Below are positions 26,709 to 39,176 of a stretch of 64,000 nucleotides of DNA, piece by piece. Positions within the stretch are counted from its first letter, which is position 1. Every line of letters starts with the position of its first letter. The translations under genes were made by a program, and so were the position numbers. The DNA is taken from the NCBI RefSeq assembly GCF_058153355.1, contig NZ_CM177019.1, one strand, 5' to 3'. The notes under the pieces are model-generated. The model was not told where the DNA came from and ran no database searches. It worked only from the letters and a program-made list of their open reading frames with translations.

Positions 26709-27467
26709 TTACTTAACCCCATCCGCGCTCATACGATCGCGAATATGCTGGGCGCGTTCGGCGGATGCCGGATGGTCGTCAAACATTGAGCTTTGGCGGC
26801 CTTCTTCCAGTTTCGCCAGTTTTTCAAAGCTGGTGGCAAGACCAGCCGGGCTGATGCCGCGTTGGCGCAGAAGATCGTAAGAATAATCATCGGCTTCTGC
26901 TTCCTGGCGCTGGGAGAATTGCGAATTGACTAATTTCTCGCCCAGATCACCAAGCTGTGATTGCGATAAACTGCCGACAATCCCGCCCGCAGAGGCTGCC
27001 GCGACTCTCACGGCGTTGGTACCTAATGCAACTTGCATCCCTTTCTTCACATGGCCTAACGCGACGTGCCCCATTTCGTGACCGATCACCGCTTCGACTT
27101 CGTTATCCGTCATCATATCCATCAGCCCGCTATAGACGCGGATACAGCCGTTTGCCATCGCAAAAGCATTCACATCCTTCGCCATATACACTTTGTAGTT
27201 TACTGGCTGACCGTTGATATTGTTGCCTAGCGCATTGGCAATAGTTGTCAGACGTTTAGCGTATTCGCTATTGGCTGGCGCAATCGTCGCCTTGCTGTCC
27301 ATCTCCTGACATGCCTGATCGCTCAGGGCTTTCACCTGCGCATCACTCAAACTGTAAGCCTGAAAAGCTTCCGCTCCTGATGAGAGCAGTCCGTTGGAGT
27401 CCATATTCTGGCAACCGGTCAGTACCGTTGCCACGCTCATTGCTACCAATAAGGCGCGAATTTTCAT
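26709..27467 (-). CDS. loiP: M48 metalloprotease lipoprotein LoiP (252 aa)
   Basis: ORF 26709-27686. Start is MKIRALLVAMSVATVLTGCQN (lipobox). HEMGH motif is present. Confidence 0.92.
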   Translation of the reverse strand: MKIRALLVAMSVATVLTGCQNMDSNGLLSSGAEAFQAYSLSDAQVKALSDQACQEMDSKATIAPANSEYAKRLTTIANALGNNINGQPVNYKVYMAKDVNAFAMANGCIRVYSGLMDMMTDNEVEAVIGHEMGHVALGHVKKGMQVALGTNAVRVAAASAGGIVGSLSQSQLGDLGEKLVNSQFSQRQEAEADDYSYDLLRQRGISPAGLATSFEKLAKLEEGRQSSMFDDHPASAERAQHIRDRMSADGVK

Positions 27468-27744
27468 GTTTTCTCTTCCGCACAAGGTCAGGATTATTCT
27501 AAAAATGCACCGTTTGCAGGTGAATCGATGCTCAGTCTCAGTATAAGGAAAAGCGCAGCGGACGGGCGAGCAGATTGCGCAACATGCGAGCATGATCCAG
27601 AGATTTCTGAAGCGGCAAAAGGATGTTCCATGTACATGACGCGCGGCTTGCGGTAAATTGTTGGCAAATTTTCCGGCGTAGCCCAAAACGCGCTGTCGTC
27701 AAGTCGTTAAGGGCGTGCCCTTCATCATCCGATCTGGAGTCAAA

Positions 27745-29736
27745 ATGTCCTCACGTAAAGAGCTTGCCAATGCTATTCGTGCGCTGAGCATGGACGCAGT
27801 ACAGAAAGCCAAATCCGGTCACCCGGGTGCCCCTATGGGTATGGCTGACATTGCCGAAGTCCTGTGGCGTGATTTCCTGAAACACAACCCGCAGAATCCG
27901 TCCTGGGCTGACCGTGACCGCTTCGTGCTGTCCAACGGCCACGGCTCCATGCTGATCTACAGCCTGCTGCACCTCACCGGTTACGATCTGCCGATGGAAG
28001 AACTGAAAAACTTCCGTCAACTGCATTCCAAAACTCCGGGCCACCCGGAAGTGGGTTACACCGCTGGTGTGGAAACCACTACAGGTCCGCTGGGTCAGGG
28101 TATTGCCAATGCAGTCGGTATGGCGATTGCAGAAAAAACGCTGGCGGCGCAGTTTAACCGTCCGGGCCACGACATCGTCGACCACTACACCTACGCCTTC
28201 ATGGGCGACGGCTGCATGATGGAAGGCATCTCCCATGAAGTTTGCTCTCTGGCGGGTACGCTGAAGCTGGGTAAACTGATTGCGTTCTACGATGACAACG
28301 GTATCTCTATCGATGGTCACGTTGAAGGCTGGTTCACCGACGACACCGCAATGCGTTTCGAAGCTTACGGCTGGCACGTTATTCGCGGCATTGACGGTCA
28401 TGACGCGGCATCCATCAAACGCGCTGTAGAAGAAGCGCGCGCTGTGACTGACAAACCGTCTCTGCTGATGTGCAAAACCATCATTGGTTTCGGTTCTCCG
28501 AATAAAGCCGGTACTCACGACTCCCACGGTGCGCCGCTGGGCGACGCTGAAATTGCCCTGACCCGCGAACAGCTGGGCTGGAAATATGCACCGTTCGAAA
28601 TCCCGTCTGAAATCTATGCTCAGTGGGATGCGAAAGAAGCAGGCCAGGCGAAAGAATCCGCATGGAACGAGAAATTCGCTGCTTACGCCAAAGCTTATCC
28701 GCAGGAAGCCGCTGAATTTACCCGCCGTATGAAAGGCGAAATGCCGTCTGACTTCGATGCCAAAGCGAAAGAATTCATCGCTAAACTGCAGGCTAATCCG
28801 GCGAAAATCGCCAGCCGTAAAGCGTCTCAGAATGCGATTGAAGCGTTCGGCCCGCTGTTGCCGGAATTCCTCGGCGGCTCTGCTGACCTGGCACCGTCTA
28901 ACCTGACCCTGTGGTCTGGTTCTAAAGCAATCAACGAAGATGCTGCGGGTAACTACATCCACTACGGTGTTCGCGAGTTCGGTATGACCGCGATTGCTAA
29001 CGGTATCTCCCTGCACGGTGGCTTCCTGCCGTACACCTCCACCTTCCTGATGTTCGTGGAATACGCACGTAACGCCGTACGTATGGCTGCGCTGATGAAA
29101 CAGCGTCAGGTGATGGTTTACACCCACGACTCCATCGGTCTGGGCGAAGATGGCCCGACTCACCAGCCGGTAGAGCAGGTCGCTTCTCTGCGCGTGACCC
29201 CGAACATGTCTACATGGCGTCCGTGTGACCAGGTTGAATCTGCAGTAGCGTGGAAATACGGCGTTGAGCGTCAGGACGGCCCGACTGCGCTTATCCTCTC
29301 CCGTCAGAACCTGGCGCAGCAGGAACGTACTGAAGAGCAGCTGGCAAACATCGCGCGCGGTGGTTATGTGCTGAAAGACTGTGCCGGTCAGCCGGAACTG
29401 ATCTTCATCGCTACCGGTTCTGAAGTTGAACTGGCGGTTGCTGCCTACGAAAAACTGACTGCTGAAGGCGTGAAAGCGCGCGTGGTTTCCATGCCGTCTA
29501 CCGACGCATTCGACAAGCAGGATGCGGCTTACCGTGAGTCTGTACTGCCGAAAGCGGTTACTGCACGCGTTGCGGTGGAAGCTGGCATTGCTGACTACTG
29601 GTACAAGTATGTTGGCCTGAACGGTGCTATCGTCGGCATGACCACCTTCGGTGAATCTGCTCCGGCAGAGCTGCTGTTTGAAGAGTTCGGCTTCACCGTT
29701 GACAACGTTGTTGCGAAAGCAAAAGAACTGCTGTAA
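27745..29736 (+). CDS. tktA: transketolase 1 (663 aa)
   Basis: ORF 27715-29736. Start is [32 protein letters not shown]. Confidence 0.97.
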   Translation: MSSRKELANAIRALSMDAVQKAKSGHPGAPMGMADIAEVLWRDFLKHNPQNPSWADRDRFVLSNGHGSMLIYSLLHLTGYDLPMEELKNFRQLHSKTPGHPEVGYTAGVETTTGPLGQGIANAVGMAIAEKTLAAQFNRPGHDIVDHYTYAFMGDGCMMEGISHEVCSLAGTLKLGKLIAFYDDNGISIDGHVEGWFTDDTAMRFEAYGWHVIRGIDGHDAASIKRAVEEARAVTDKPSLLMCKTIIGFGSPNKAGTHDSHGAPLGDAEIALTREQLGWKYAPFEIPSEIYAQWDAKEAGQAKESAWNEKFAAYAKAYPQEAAEFTRRMKGEMPSDFDAKAKEFIAKLQANPAKIASRKASQNAIEAFGPLLPEFLGGSADLAPSNLTLWSGSKAINEDAAGNYIHYGVREFGMTAIANGISLHGGFLPYTSTFLMFVEYARNAVRMAALMKQRQVMVYTHDSIGLGEDGPTHQPVEQVASLRVTPNMSTWRPCDQVESAVAWKYGVERQDGPTALILSRQNLAQQERTEEQLANIARGGYVLKDCAGQPELIFIATGSEVELAVAAYEKLTAEGVKARVVSMPSTDAFDKQDAAYRESVLPKAVTARVAVEAGIADYWYKYVGLNGAIVGMTTFGESAPAELLFEEFGFTVDNVVAKAKELL

Positions 29737-29756
29737 TCGGTAAGATGCTTTGTGAG

Positions 29757-29778
29757 AAGGGCCGCGAAAGCGGCCCTT
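29757..29778 (+). repeat. hairpin aagggccgcgaaagcggccctt, first of two identical direct copies flanking the BIME and IS
   Basis: Identical 22-mer occurs at 31211-31232. This copy lacks a T-tract. Confidence 0.7.
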
Positions 29779-29806
29779 CAGATTATTGGCAAAGTGCGCG
29801 TTGTTC

Positions 29807-29907
<101 letters not shown>

Positions 29908-29937
29908 TCTACCCCGGTTTCCCAGATTGCAGGCATG

Positions 29938-31187
<1,250 letters not shown>

Positions 31188-31210
31188 GTTTTGCCTTTGC
31201 CATCAGTCTC

Positions 31211-31237
31211 AAGGGCCGCGAAAGCGGCCCTTTTTTA
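31211..31237 (+). terminator. intrinsic terminator (second copy of the gggccgc-gaaa-gcggccc hairpin, this one with T6)
   Basis: aagggccgcgaaagcggccctttttt is oriented to terminate plus-strand (tktA-side) transcription. It abuts the stop codon of the minus-strand SPFH gene. Confidence 0.65.
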
Positions 31238-32143
31238 CTTAGTAGAGATAAACGGAACTGTACTGCCGGGGATCATGGTATCGGGTAGCTTACCGTCCCA
31301 ACGCTCAGCAGTGGTGAGGGCAACAAGTCCGGGATTATCCCGCAGAGCTTCACCGCGCAGGCGGATCGCTTCTGCTTCAGCCGCACTTTTTAAACGAATA
31401 GTTTCAGCCTCTGCCGCGCCTCTTACGCGAATAGTCTCAGCTTCTGCTTTGGCTGCCGCTAGTTTACTGTCTGCTTCTGCCTGGGCCTGAATTACCGCTA
31501 TTTGCGCCTGGATTTTCTCTGTTTCCAGATTTTGCTTACGTGTGGCAATGGCGACTTCTGCTTTCATTCGATCTTCAATCGATTTTTCATAAGCGTCAGA
31601 AAAATCAATATTTTCAATCTGGACACCATCAATCACCACCGGGCCAACAACGGCTTTACGCATTGCATTTTGCAGATCCTGAACCAGTTTTGTACGATCC
31701 TGTACCGCGCTGATGGCGGTATATTGGCCGAAAACGTTCTCCAGTTGAGTTGGCAATTGACGGACAATCAGACGATCTTTTAATGCTTCAATGGTGTTGT
31801 AAGTGGTATAAACCGCGCCTGCTTCTGAAGGTTTAATGTGGAAGCTGACTGATACTGTCATTTGTGCCGGTTGCTGGTCGCGGCTGTAGGCCTGTAATCC
31901 CTGATAAACCACAGCCTGATTACGCGTGGAAATTTTCTCTACGCTTTCCATAAATGGGATCTTAAAACCCAGACCCGGCTCGGCAACTTTTACGATTTTT
32001 CCGTAGCGCAGCAAAATGCCGCGTTCACCTTCATTAACGGTGTAATACGAGAGAAATGGCAGCACAACCACGGTAAGCACGCCAATGGCGATAGCAATAG
32101 ATTTTTGTGGGCGAAATGAGGTTATTGAAACAGGTGCTTTCAT
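31235..32143 (-). CDS. SPFH/band-7 (flotillin/prohibitin-like) membrane protein with a C-terminal Ala/Glu-rich repeat (accessory; not at this position in K-12 as far as I recall)
   Basis: 302 aa with an N-terminal TM helix (IAIAIGVLTVVVLPFLSYY), an SPFH core, and three tandem AEAE(T/A)IR(V/L)(R/K) units near the C-terminus. Confidence 0.8.
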   Translation of the reverse strand: MKAPVSITSFRPQKSIAIAIGVLTVVVLPFLSYYTVNEGERGILLRYGKIVKVAEPGLGFKIPFMESVEKISTRNQAVVYQGLQAYSRDQQPAQMTVSVSFHIKPSEAGAVYTTYNTIEALKDRLIVRQLPTQLENVFGQYTAISAVQDRTKLVQDLQNAMRKAVVGPVVIDGVQIENIDFSDAYEKSIEDRMKAEVAIATRKQNLETEKIQAQIAVIQAQAEADSKLAAAKAEAETIRVRGAAEAETIRLKSAAEAEAIRLRGEALRDNPGLVALTTAERWDGKLPDTMIPGSTVPFISTK

Positions 32144-32517
32144 GAGAATCTTCCTTGAGTAAAGTGTGGGAATATGTCACATGAGGTGAGGAGAAAACAG
32201 CCAACAGGTGAGAATTCAGAATCTATAAAGGGGGAGAGCGAAAAACATCGGCTAAAAAAGTATGTTTTCGAACATTCAATAGATAAATAGAGATATGCAT
32301 CACAAATACATAGGCAGATAAAACATTGGTTTTGTGATAAACATAACAAACACAAACTTGACTTTATAAGTATAAATTTCATGTTGTTGTTATTTAACAT
32401 TTTATTATTTTGGTTCATGTTTTTTTTCTTCTCGCGTGCCAATTGCTTTCATTAAATCGCACGAGTATTTTATTTTTACCGCCGGACGGTACCCTAAAAA
32501 TAAAATAAGGATAATTT

Positions 32518-32961
32518 ATGCGGCTTATTGATTATTTTCCAGAATCATCAATCTCAGTTATACATTCAGCAAAAGACTGGCAGGAAGTTATCGATTTTTC
32601 GATGGCATCATTGCTGGATAAAAACTATATCAGTGAGAATTACATTCAGGCTATTAAAGATTCCACCATTAACAATGGCCCTTATTATATTCTCGCACCA
32701 GGCGTGGCAATGCCTCATGCGCGACCGGAATGTGGGGCGCTTAAAACCGGGATGTCTTTGACGTTACTTAAACAAGGCGTTTATTTTCCGGGGAATGACG
32801 AACCGATTAAATTACTTATCGGTCTTTCTGCTGCCGATGCCGATTCGCACATTGGCGCTATTCAGGCGTTAAGTGAATTGCTGTGCGAAGAAGAAATACT
32901 TGAACAACTCTTAACTGCAACATCAGAAAAACAATTAGCGGACATTATCAGCCGCGAATAA
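32518..32961 (+). CDS. cmtB: cryptic mannitol-family PTS enzyme IIA
   Basis: 147-aa ORF with the EIIA(Mtl/Fru) motif (GVAMPHARPE). Confidence 0.9.
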   Translation: MRLIDYFPESSISVIHSAKDWQEVIDFSMASLLDKNYISENYIQAIKDSTINNGPYYILAPGVAMPHARPECGALKTGMSLTLLKQGVYFPGNDEPIKLLIGLSAADADSHIGAIQALSELLCEEEILEQLLTATSEKQLADIISRE

Positions 32962-32988
32962 TGACTCTCTCCTCTACAGGATAATATT

Positions 32989-34377
32989 ATGGAAAACAAG
33001 TCTGCTCGTGCAAAGGTCCAGGCTTTTGGGGGCTTTTTGACGGCAATGGTCATCCCCAATATTGGTGCTTTTATTGCCTGGGGTTTTATTACTGCATTAT
33101 TTATTCCTACTGGTTGGCTGCCTAACGAACATTTCGCCAAAATTGTCGGCCCGATGATTACCTATTTATTGCCCGTAATGATTGGTTCTACCGGTGGCCA
33201 TTTAGTCGGCGGTAAACGCGGCGCAGTCATGGGCGGAATAGGGACAATTGGTGTAATCGTCGGCGCAGAAATCCCGATGTTCCTTGGTTCAATGATCATG
33301 GGACCGTTAGGTGGGCTGGTCATAAAATATGTCGATAAGGCACTGGAAAAACGCATACCTGCTGGTTTTGAGATGGTTATCAATAACTTCTCATTAGGTA
33401 TCACCGGGATGCTCCTTTGTCTGCTGGGTTTTGAAGTTATCGGCCCGGCGGTGTTAATTGCCAATACTTTCGTCAAAGAGTGTATTGAGGCGCTGGTACA
33501 TGCGGGCTATCTGCCTTTGCTGTCAGTCATCAATGAACCGGCGAAAGTGCTTTTCCTCAATAACGCGATAGATCAGGGCGTCTATTACCCGTTGGGGATG
33601 CAACAGGCTTCAGTTAACGGTAAATCCATCTTCTTTATGGTGGCGTCCAACCCTGGGCCTGGCTTAGGACTGTTGCTGGCGTTTACTTTGTTTGGTAAAG
33701 GGATGAGTAAACGTTCTGCGCCCGGGGCGATGATTATTCACTTCCTCGGTGGGATCCACGAACTGTATTTCCCGTATGTGCTGATGAAGCCGCTGACCAT
33801 TATTGCCATGATTGCGGGCGGTATGTCTGGCACCTGGATGTTTAACTTACTGGACGGTGGTCTGGTGGCTGGCCCAAGTCCAGGCTCTATCTTTGCGTAC
33901 CTGGCACTGACGCCGAAAGGCTCATTCCTGGCGACAATTGCCGGTGTTACGGTAGGTACCCTGGTGTCCTTTGCTATCACTTCCGTAATACTGAAGATGG
34001 AAAAAACGGTGGAAACGGAGAGCGAAGATGAGTTTGTGCAGTCCGCCAATGCGGTTAAGGCGATGAAACAAGAAGGTACATTCTCGTTAAGCCGGGTTAA
34101 GCGTATCGCCTTTGTTTGCGATGCGGGAATGGGCTCCAGCGCGATGGGCGCAACCACCTTCCGTAAGCGCCTGGAAAAAGCGGGGCTGGCAATAGAAGTA
34201 AAACATTACGCGATAGAAAACGTGCCTGCGGATGTGGATATCGTCGTTACTCACGCTAGTCTGGAAGGGCGCGTGAAACGTGTGACGGATAAACCGCTGA
34301 TATTGATTAATAACTATATTGGCGATCCCAAACTCGACACTTTATTTAATCAATTAACCGCTGAACATAAAAACTGA
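32989..34377 (+). CDS. cmtA: cryptic mannitol-family PTS enzyme IICB
   Basis: 462-aa polytopic ORF with a C-terminal EIIB Cys motif (IAFVCDAGMGSSAMG). Confidence 0.9.
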   Translation: MENKSARAKVQAFGGFLTAMVIPNIGAFIAWGFITALFIPTGWLPNEHFAKIVGPMITYLLPVMIGSTGGHLVGGKRGAVMGGIGTIGVIVGAEIPMFLGSMIMGPLGGLVIKYVDKALEKRIPAGFEMVINNFSLGITGMLLCLLGFEVIGPAVLIANTFVKECIEALVHAGYLPLLSVINEPAKVLFLNNAIDQGVYYPLGMQQASVNGKSIFFMVASNPGPGLGLLLAFTLFGKGMSKRSAPGAMIIHFLGGIHELYFPYVLMKPLTIIAMIAGGMSGTWMFNLLDGGLVAGPSPGSIFAYLALTPKGSFLATIAGVTVGTLVSFAITSVILKMEKTVETESEDEFVQSANAVKAMKQEGTFSLSRVKRIAFVCDAGMGSSAMGATTFRKRLEKAGLAIEVKHYAIENVPADVDIVVTHASLEGRVKRVTDKPLILINNYIGDPKLDTLFNQLTAEHKN

Positions 34378-34391
34378 TTGCCGAGGTAAAA

Positions 34392-35669
34392 ATGAAAACC
34401 AAAGTTGCTGCTATTTATGGCAAGCGGGATGTCCGTCTGCGCGAATTTGAACTGCCCGAAATTACCGATAATGAACTGCTGGTGAGTGTAATTTCTGACA
34501 GCGTGTGTTTATCGACCTGGAAAGCGGCGTTACTCGGTAGCGAACATAAACGGGTGCCCGACGATTTAGAAAATCATCCGGTCATTACCGGACATGAATG
34601 TGCCGGGATTATTGTTGAAGTGGGGAAAAATCTCACCGACAAATATAAAAAAGGCCAACGTTTTGTATTGCAACCGGCGATGGGGCTACCAAGCGGATAT
34701 TCAGCGGGATACAGCTACGAATATTTTGGCGGTAATGCTACCTATATGATTATTCCAGAGGTAGCCATTAATTTGGGCTGCGTATTACCGTATCACGGAT
34801 CTTATTTTGCTGCGGCGTCGCTGGCAGAGCCTATGTGCTGCATTATTGGCGCTTATCATGCCAATTATCACACCACGCAATATGTTTATGAGCATCGCAT
34901 GGGCGTCAAACCTGGCGGCAATATTGCGCTGCTGGCGTGTGCGGGCCCGATGGGGATAGGCGCTATCGATTACGCTATTCACGGCGGCATACAACCGTCG
35001 CGGGTAGTGGTGGTCGATATCGACGAAAAACGCCTGGCACAGGTGCAGAAGCTGCTGCCGGTGGAGCTGGCGGCCAGCAAAGGCATTGAGCTGATATATG
35101 TGAATACCAAAGGAATGAGCGACCCAGTCCAGAGGCTGCGGGCGCTGACAGGAGATGCCGGATTCGATGACATTTTTGTTTATGCGGCGGTGCCTGCTGT
35201 CGTTGAGATGGCTGACGAATTACTGGCGGAAGATGGCTGCCTGAACTTCTTTGCCGGGCCGACGGATAAAAACTTCAAAGTGCCGTTTAATTTCTACAAC
35301 GTCCATTACAACAGCACGCACGTTGTCGGTACATCCGGTGGTTCAACGGACGATATGAAAGAGGCGATTGCCCTGAGCGCCACGGGGCAGTTGCAACCGT
35401 CGTTTATGGTGACGCATATCGGTGGCCTGGATGCAGTGCCAGAAACCGTTCTCAATTTACCGGATATCCCCGGTGGTAAAAAACTCATTTACAACGGCGT
35501 TACCATGCCGCTCACCGCCATTGCCGATTTTGCCGAAAAAGGCAAAACCGATCCGCTGTTTAAAGAGCTTGCGCGGCTGGTTGAGGAAACGCACGGCATC
35601 TGGAATGAACAGGCCGAGAAATATCTGCTGGCGCAATTTGGCGTTGATATCGGGGAGGCCGCGCAATGA
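34392..35669 (+). CDS. yggP: Zn-dependent alcohol/polyol dehydrogenase-family protein
   Basis: 425-aa ORF with an MDR-family GHE motif (ITGHECAG) and a Rossmann motif (LACAGPMGIG). Confidence 0.88.
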   Translation: MKTKVAAIYGKRDVRLREFELPEITDNELLVSVISDSVCLSTWKAALLGSEHKRVPDDLENHPVITGHECAGIIVEVGKNLTDKYKKGQRFVLQPAMGLPSGYSAGYSYEYFGGNATYMIIPEVAINLGCVLPYHGSYFAAASLAEPMCCIIGAYHANYHTTQYVYEHRMGVKPGGNIALLACAGPMGIGAIDYAIHGGIQPSRVVVVDIDEKRLAQVQKLLPVELAASKGIELIYVNTKGMSDPVQRLRALTGDAGFDDIFVYAAVPAVVEMADELLAEDGCLNFFAGPTDKNFKVPFNFYNVHYNSTHVVGTSGGSTDDMKEAIALSATGQLQPSFMVTHIGGLDAVPETVLNLPDIPGGKKLIYNGVTMPLTAIADFAEKGKTDPLFKELARLVEETHGIWNEQAEKYLLAQFGVDIGEAAQ

Positions 35670-36631
35670 TGTCCCTGGCGTGGCCATTATTTCGCGTTAC
35701 GGAGCAGGCAGCGTTGGCTGCCTGGCCGCAAACCGGATGTGGCAACAAAAATAAAATTGATGGCCTGGCGGTCACCGCGATGCGCCAGGCATTAAACGAT
35801 GTCGCTTTTCGTGGGCGAGTGGTCATCGGCGAGGGAGAAATTGACCATGCGCCGATGCTGTGGATTGGCGAAGAGGTGGGCAAAGGCGATGGGCCAGAAG
35901 TCGATATCGCGGTTGATCCCATTGAAGGTACGCGGATGGTGGCGATGGGGCAGAGCAATGCGCTGGCGGTCATGGCTTTCGCCCCTCGAGATAGCCTGTT
36001 ACACGCGCCCGATATGTATATGAAAAAACTGGTTGTTAATCGGCTGGCGGCGGGCGCGATTGATCTGTCTTTGCCTCTGGCGGACAACTTGCGCAACGTG
36101 GCGAAAGCGTTAGGCAAACCGCTGGACAAGCTGCGTATGGTTACGCTGGATAAACCGCGCCTGAGTGCCGCAATTGAGGAAGCGACGCAACTGGGCGTGA
36201 AGGTTTTTGCCCTGCCGGATGGCGATGTCGCCGCCAGCGTGCTGACCTGCTGGCAGGATAATCCTTACGATGTGATGTACACCATCGGCGGTGCGCCAGA
36301 AGGTGTGATTTCTGCCTGTGCCGTTAAAGCATTAGGCGGGGATATGCAGGCCGAGCTGATTGACTTTTGTCAGGCCAAAGGGGATTACACGGAAAATCGG
36401 CAGATTGCAGAGCAGGAACGCCAGCGTTGCAAGGCAATGGGCGTTGACGTTAACCGTGTGTACTCGCTCGATGAACTGGTGAGGGGGAACGATATCCTCT
36501 TTAGCGCTACGGGCGTGACGGGCGGTGAGTTGGTGAACGGTATCCAACAGACGGCGAATGGGGTGCGGACGCAGACATTACTGATCGGCGGCGCGGACCA
36601 AACGTGTAATATAATAGACTCCCTGCATTGA
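35666..36631 (+). CDS. yggF: class II fructose-1,6-bisphosphatase (GlpX paralog)
   Basis: 321-aa ORF overlapping the yggP stop. GlpX-like sequence (VIGEGEIDHAPML, DPIEGT). Confidence 0.9.
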   Translation: MMSLAWPLFRVTEQAALAAWPQTGCGNKNKIDGLAVTAMRQALNDVAFRGRVVIGEGEIDHAPMLWIGEEVGKGDGPEVDIAVDPIEGTRMVAMGQSNALAVMAFAPRDSLLHAPDMYMKKLVVNRLAAGAIDLSLPLADNLRNVAKALGKPLDKLRMVTLDKPRLSAAIEEATQLGVKVFALPDGDVAASVLTCWQDNPYDVMYTIGGAPEGVISACAVKALGGDMQAELIDFCQAKGDYTENRQIAEQERQRCKAMGVDVNRVYSLDELVRGNDILFSATGVTGGELVNGIQQTANGVRTQTLLIGGADQTCNIIDSLH

Positions 36632-36652
36632 TGGTGATCTATCGGAAGACCA

Positions 36653-37162
36653 ATGGCGACGCTGACAGAAGATGATGTGCTTGAGCAACTGGATGCACAG
36701 GACAATTTATTTTCATTTATGAAAACTGCGCATTCTATTTTGCTCCAGGGGATACGCCAGTTTCTGCCGTCGCTGTTTGTCGATAACGATGAAGAGATCG
36801 TGGAATATGCAGTGAAGCCGTTACTCGCTCAAAGCGGCCCGCTTGACGATATTGATGTTGCGCTACGTTTGATTTTTGCACTGGGGAAAATGGACAAATG
36901 GCTGTACGCCGATATCACGCACTTTTCCCAGTTCTGGCATTACCTGAATGAACAGGATGAAACGCCCGGATTTGCCGATGACATGACCTGGGATTTTATC
37001 AGCAACGTCAATAGTATAACCCGCAATGCGACGCTCTATGACGCGTTGAAAGCGATGAAGTTCGCCGATTTCGCCGTCTGGTCAGAGGTGCGTTTTAGTG
37101 GGATGGTCAAAACGGCGCTGACGCTGGCAGTAACGACCACCTTAAAGGAATTAACGCCGTGA
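36653..37162 (+). CDS. yggD: MtlR-like protein YggD
   Basis: 169-aa ORF MATLTEDDVLEQLDAQDNLFSFMKTAHSILLQG... Confidence 0.88.
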   Translation: MATLTEDDVLEQLDAQDNLFSFMKTAHSILLQGIRQFLPSLFVDNDEEIVEYAVKPLLAQSGPLDDIDVALRLIFALGKMDKWLYADITHFSQFWHYLNEQDETPGFADDMTWDFISNVNSITRNATLYDALKAMKFADFAVWSEVRFSGMVKTALTLAVTTTLKELTP

Positions 37163-37872
37163 AAATCGAACTGACGGTGAATGGATTGAAGGTACAGGCG
37201 CAGTACCCGAACGAAGAGATTGAAAATGTGCATAAACCGTTGCTGCGTATGCTGGCAGCCTTACAGACGGTAAATCCGCAGCGGCGTACCGTGGTTTTTC
37301 TTTGCGCTCCGCCGGGGACGGGTAAATCTACCCTAACCACCTTCTGGGAATATCTCGCGCAACAAGACCCGGAACTACCCGCTATTCAGACGCTGCCGAT
37401 GGATGGTTTTCATCATTACAATAGCTGGCTGGATGCGCATCAATTGCGCCCCTTCAAAGGCGCACCAGAGACATTTGACGTTGCGAAACTGGCGGAAAAT
37501 CTGCGCCAGGTAATGGAAGGGGATTGTACGTGGCCGCAGTACGATCGACAAAAGCATGATCCTGTTGAAGATGCGTTGCACGTTACCGCACCACTCGTCA
37601 TCGTCGAAGGAAACTGGTTGTTGCTGGACGACGAGAAGTGGCGGGCGTTGGCATCGTTCTGCGATTTTTCTGTTTTTATTCATGCCCCCGTTCATATTCT
37701 GCGGGAACGCTTGATTAGTCGTAAAATTGCGGGGGGATTATCGCGGGATGAAGCCGAAGCTTTTTATGCCCGAACCGATGGTCCCAATGTCGAGCGTGTG
37801 CTGCTGAATAGTTGTCAGGCCAATCTGATATTAGAGATGACGGAAGAAGGCAGGTATCACTTCATAAGCTGA
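37159..37872 (+). CDS. yggC: P-loop nucleoside/pantothenate-kinase-like protein
   Basis: 237-aa ORF with a GTG start overlapping the yggD stop. Walker A motif APPGTGKST is present. Confidence 0.88.
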   Translation: MKIELTVNGLKVQAQYPNEEIENVHKPLLRMLAALQTVNPQRRTVVFLCAPPGTGKSTLTTFWEYLAQQDPELPAIQTLPMDGFHHYNSWLDAHQLRPFKGAPETFDVAKLAENLRQVMEGDCTWPQYDRQKHDPVEDALHVTAPLVIVEGNWLLLDDEKWRALASFCDFSVFIHAPVHILRERLISRKIAGGLSRDEAEAFYARTDGPNVERVLLNSCQANLILEMTEEGRYHFIS

Positions 37873-38029
37873 CAATTTATTCCAGTTATTGCGTGGTTAT
37901 TATTACGCCAGTCTGGAATAAAGCCTCCTGCAAGAAGGGAAGAAAGTGTGATGCAAGTCAGATAATTGTCTTCTTTGACTGGACAATCATTCCTTTTATT
38001 CCACGTTTCGCTTATCCTAGCTGAAGCGT

Positions 38030-38045
38030 TTCAGTCGATTAAATG
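38030..38045. promoter_or_regulatory. Cra (FruR) operator-like palindrome upstream of epd
   Basis: gctgaagcgtttcagt resembles the Cra consensus GCTGAAnCGnTTCA. The epd-pgk-fbaA operon is a known Cra target. Confidence 0.55.
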
Positions 38046-38156
38046 TTCGACAATTAACCAATCAGTCGCAGTTTGCGACAGGTAAGGTTTCCCCGGACGA
38101 TTTGCTGGATTACTCTGTCTGGCAAATTTGCTCAGGGAAAACCTTGCAGGAGATCT

Positions 38157-39176
38157 ATGACCGTACGCGTAGCGATAAATGGCTTCGGTCGCATCGGGCG
38201 TAATGTGGTTCGTGCTTTGTATGAATCCGGACGCCGGGCGGAAATTACCGTGGTGGCAATCAACGAACTGGCGGATGCTGCCGGCATGGCGCATTTGTTG
38301 AAATATGACACCAGTCATGGCCGTTTTGCATGGGAAGTACGACAGGAACGCGATCAACTTTTTGTTGGTGATGACGCCATCCGCGTATTGCACGAACGTT
38401 CACTGCAATCGCTCCCATGGCGTGAACTTGGCGTCGATGTGGTTCTCGACTGCACCGGCGTATATGGCTCCCGCGAGCATGGCGAAGCGCATATTGCCGC
38501 CGGGGCTAAAAAAGTGCTCTTTTCACATCCTGGCAGTAACGATCTCGATGCGACCGTGGTTTACGGCGTCAATCAGGATCAACTTCGTGCGGAACACCGC
38601 ATCGTTTCTAACGCTTCCTGTACCACGAATTGCATAATTCCCGTCATCAAATTGTTAGATGATGCGTACGGTATTGAGTCCGGCACTGTGACCACAATTC
38701 ACTCCGCCATGCACGATCAACAGGTTATTGATGCATATCATCCTGACCTGCGTCGCACCCGGGCAGCCAGCCAGTCGATCATTCCAGTCGATACTAAACT
38801 GGCCGCCGGTATCACACGATTTTTTCCGCAATTTAACGATCGCTTTGAAGCAATTGCGGTGCGTGTACCAACCATAAATGTGACGGCAATCGATTTAAGC
38901 GTGACGGTGAAGAAACCTGTAAAAGCCAATGAAGTCAACCTGTTGCTGCAAAAAGCAGCACAAGGTGCATTTCATGGTATAGTTGACTATACGGAATTGC
39001 CGTTGGTCTCTGTAGATTTTAACCACGATCCGCACAGTGCCATTGTCGATGGCACCCAAACCCGGGTCAGTGGCGCACACCTGATCAAAACGTTGGTCTG
39101 GTGCGATAACGAATGGGGCTTTGCTAACCGAATGCTCGACACGACGTTAGCTATGGCTACTGTTGCTTTCAGGTAA
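38157..39176 (+). CDS. epd: erythrose-4-phosphate dehydrogenase (339 aa)
   Basis: ORF 38073-39176. Start is [30 protein letters not shown]. Confidence 0.95.

Noticed and set aside
26709-27686. N-terminally extended versions of many ORFs in the track: loiP 325 aa, pepP 512 aa, ruvX 180 aa, epd 367 aa, fbaA 387 aa, yggR 351 aa, argP 319 aa and others.
   Set aside because: Internal starts reproduce the known protein lengths and N-termini, have better RBS context and avoid overlap with upstream genes or repeats. For example, the fbaA extension would read through an ERIC element.
32140-32442. A 100-aa ORF in the SPFH-cmtB intergenic region.
   Set aside because: It lies in an extremely AT-rich, low-complexity region (Asn/Lys/Leu/Cys runs), overlaps the SPFH start and has no RBS. 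It is more likely promoter or silencer DNA.
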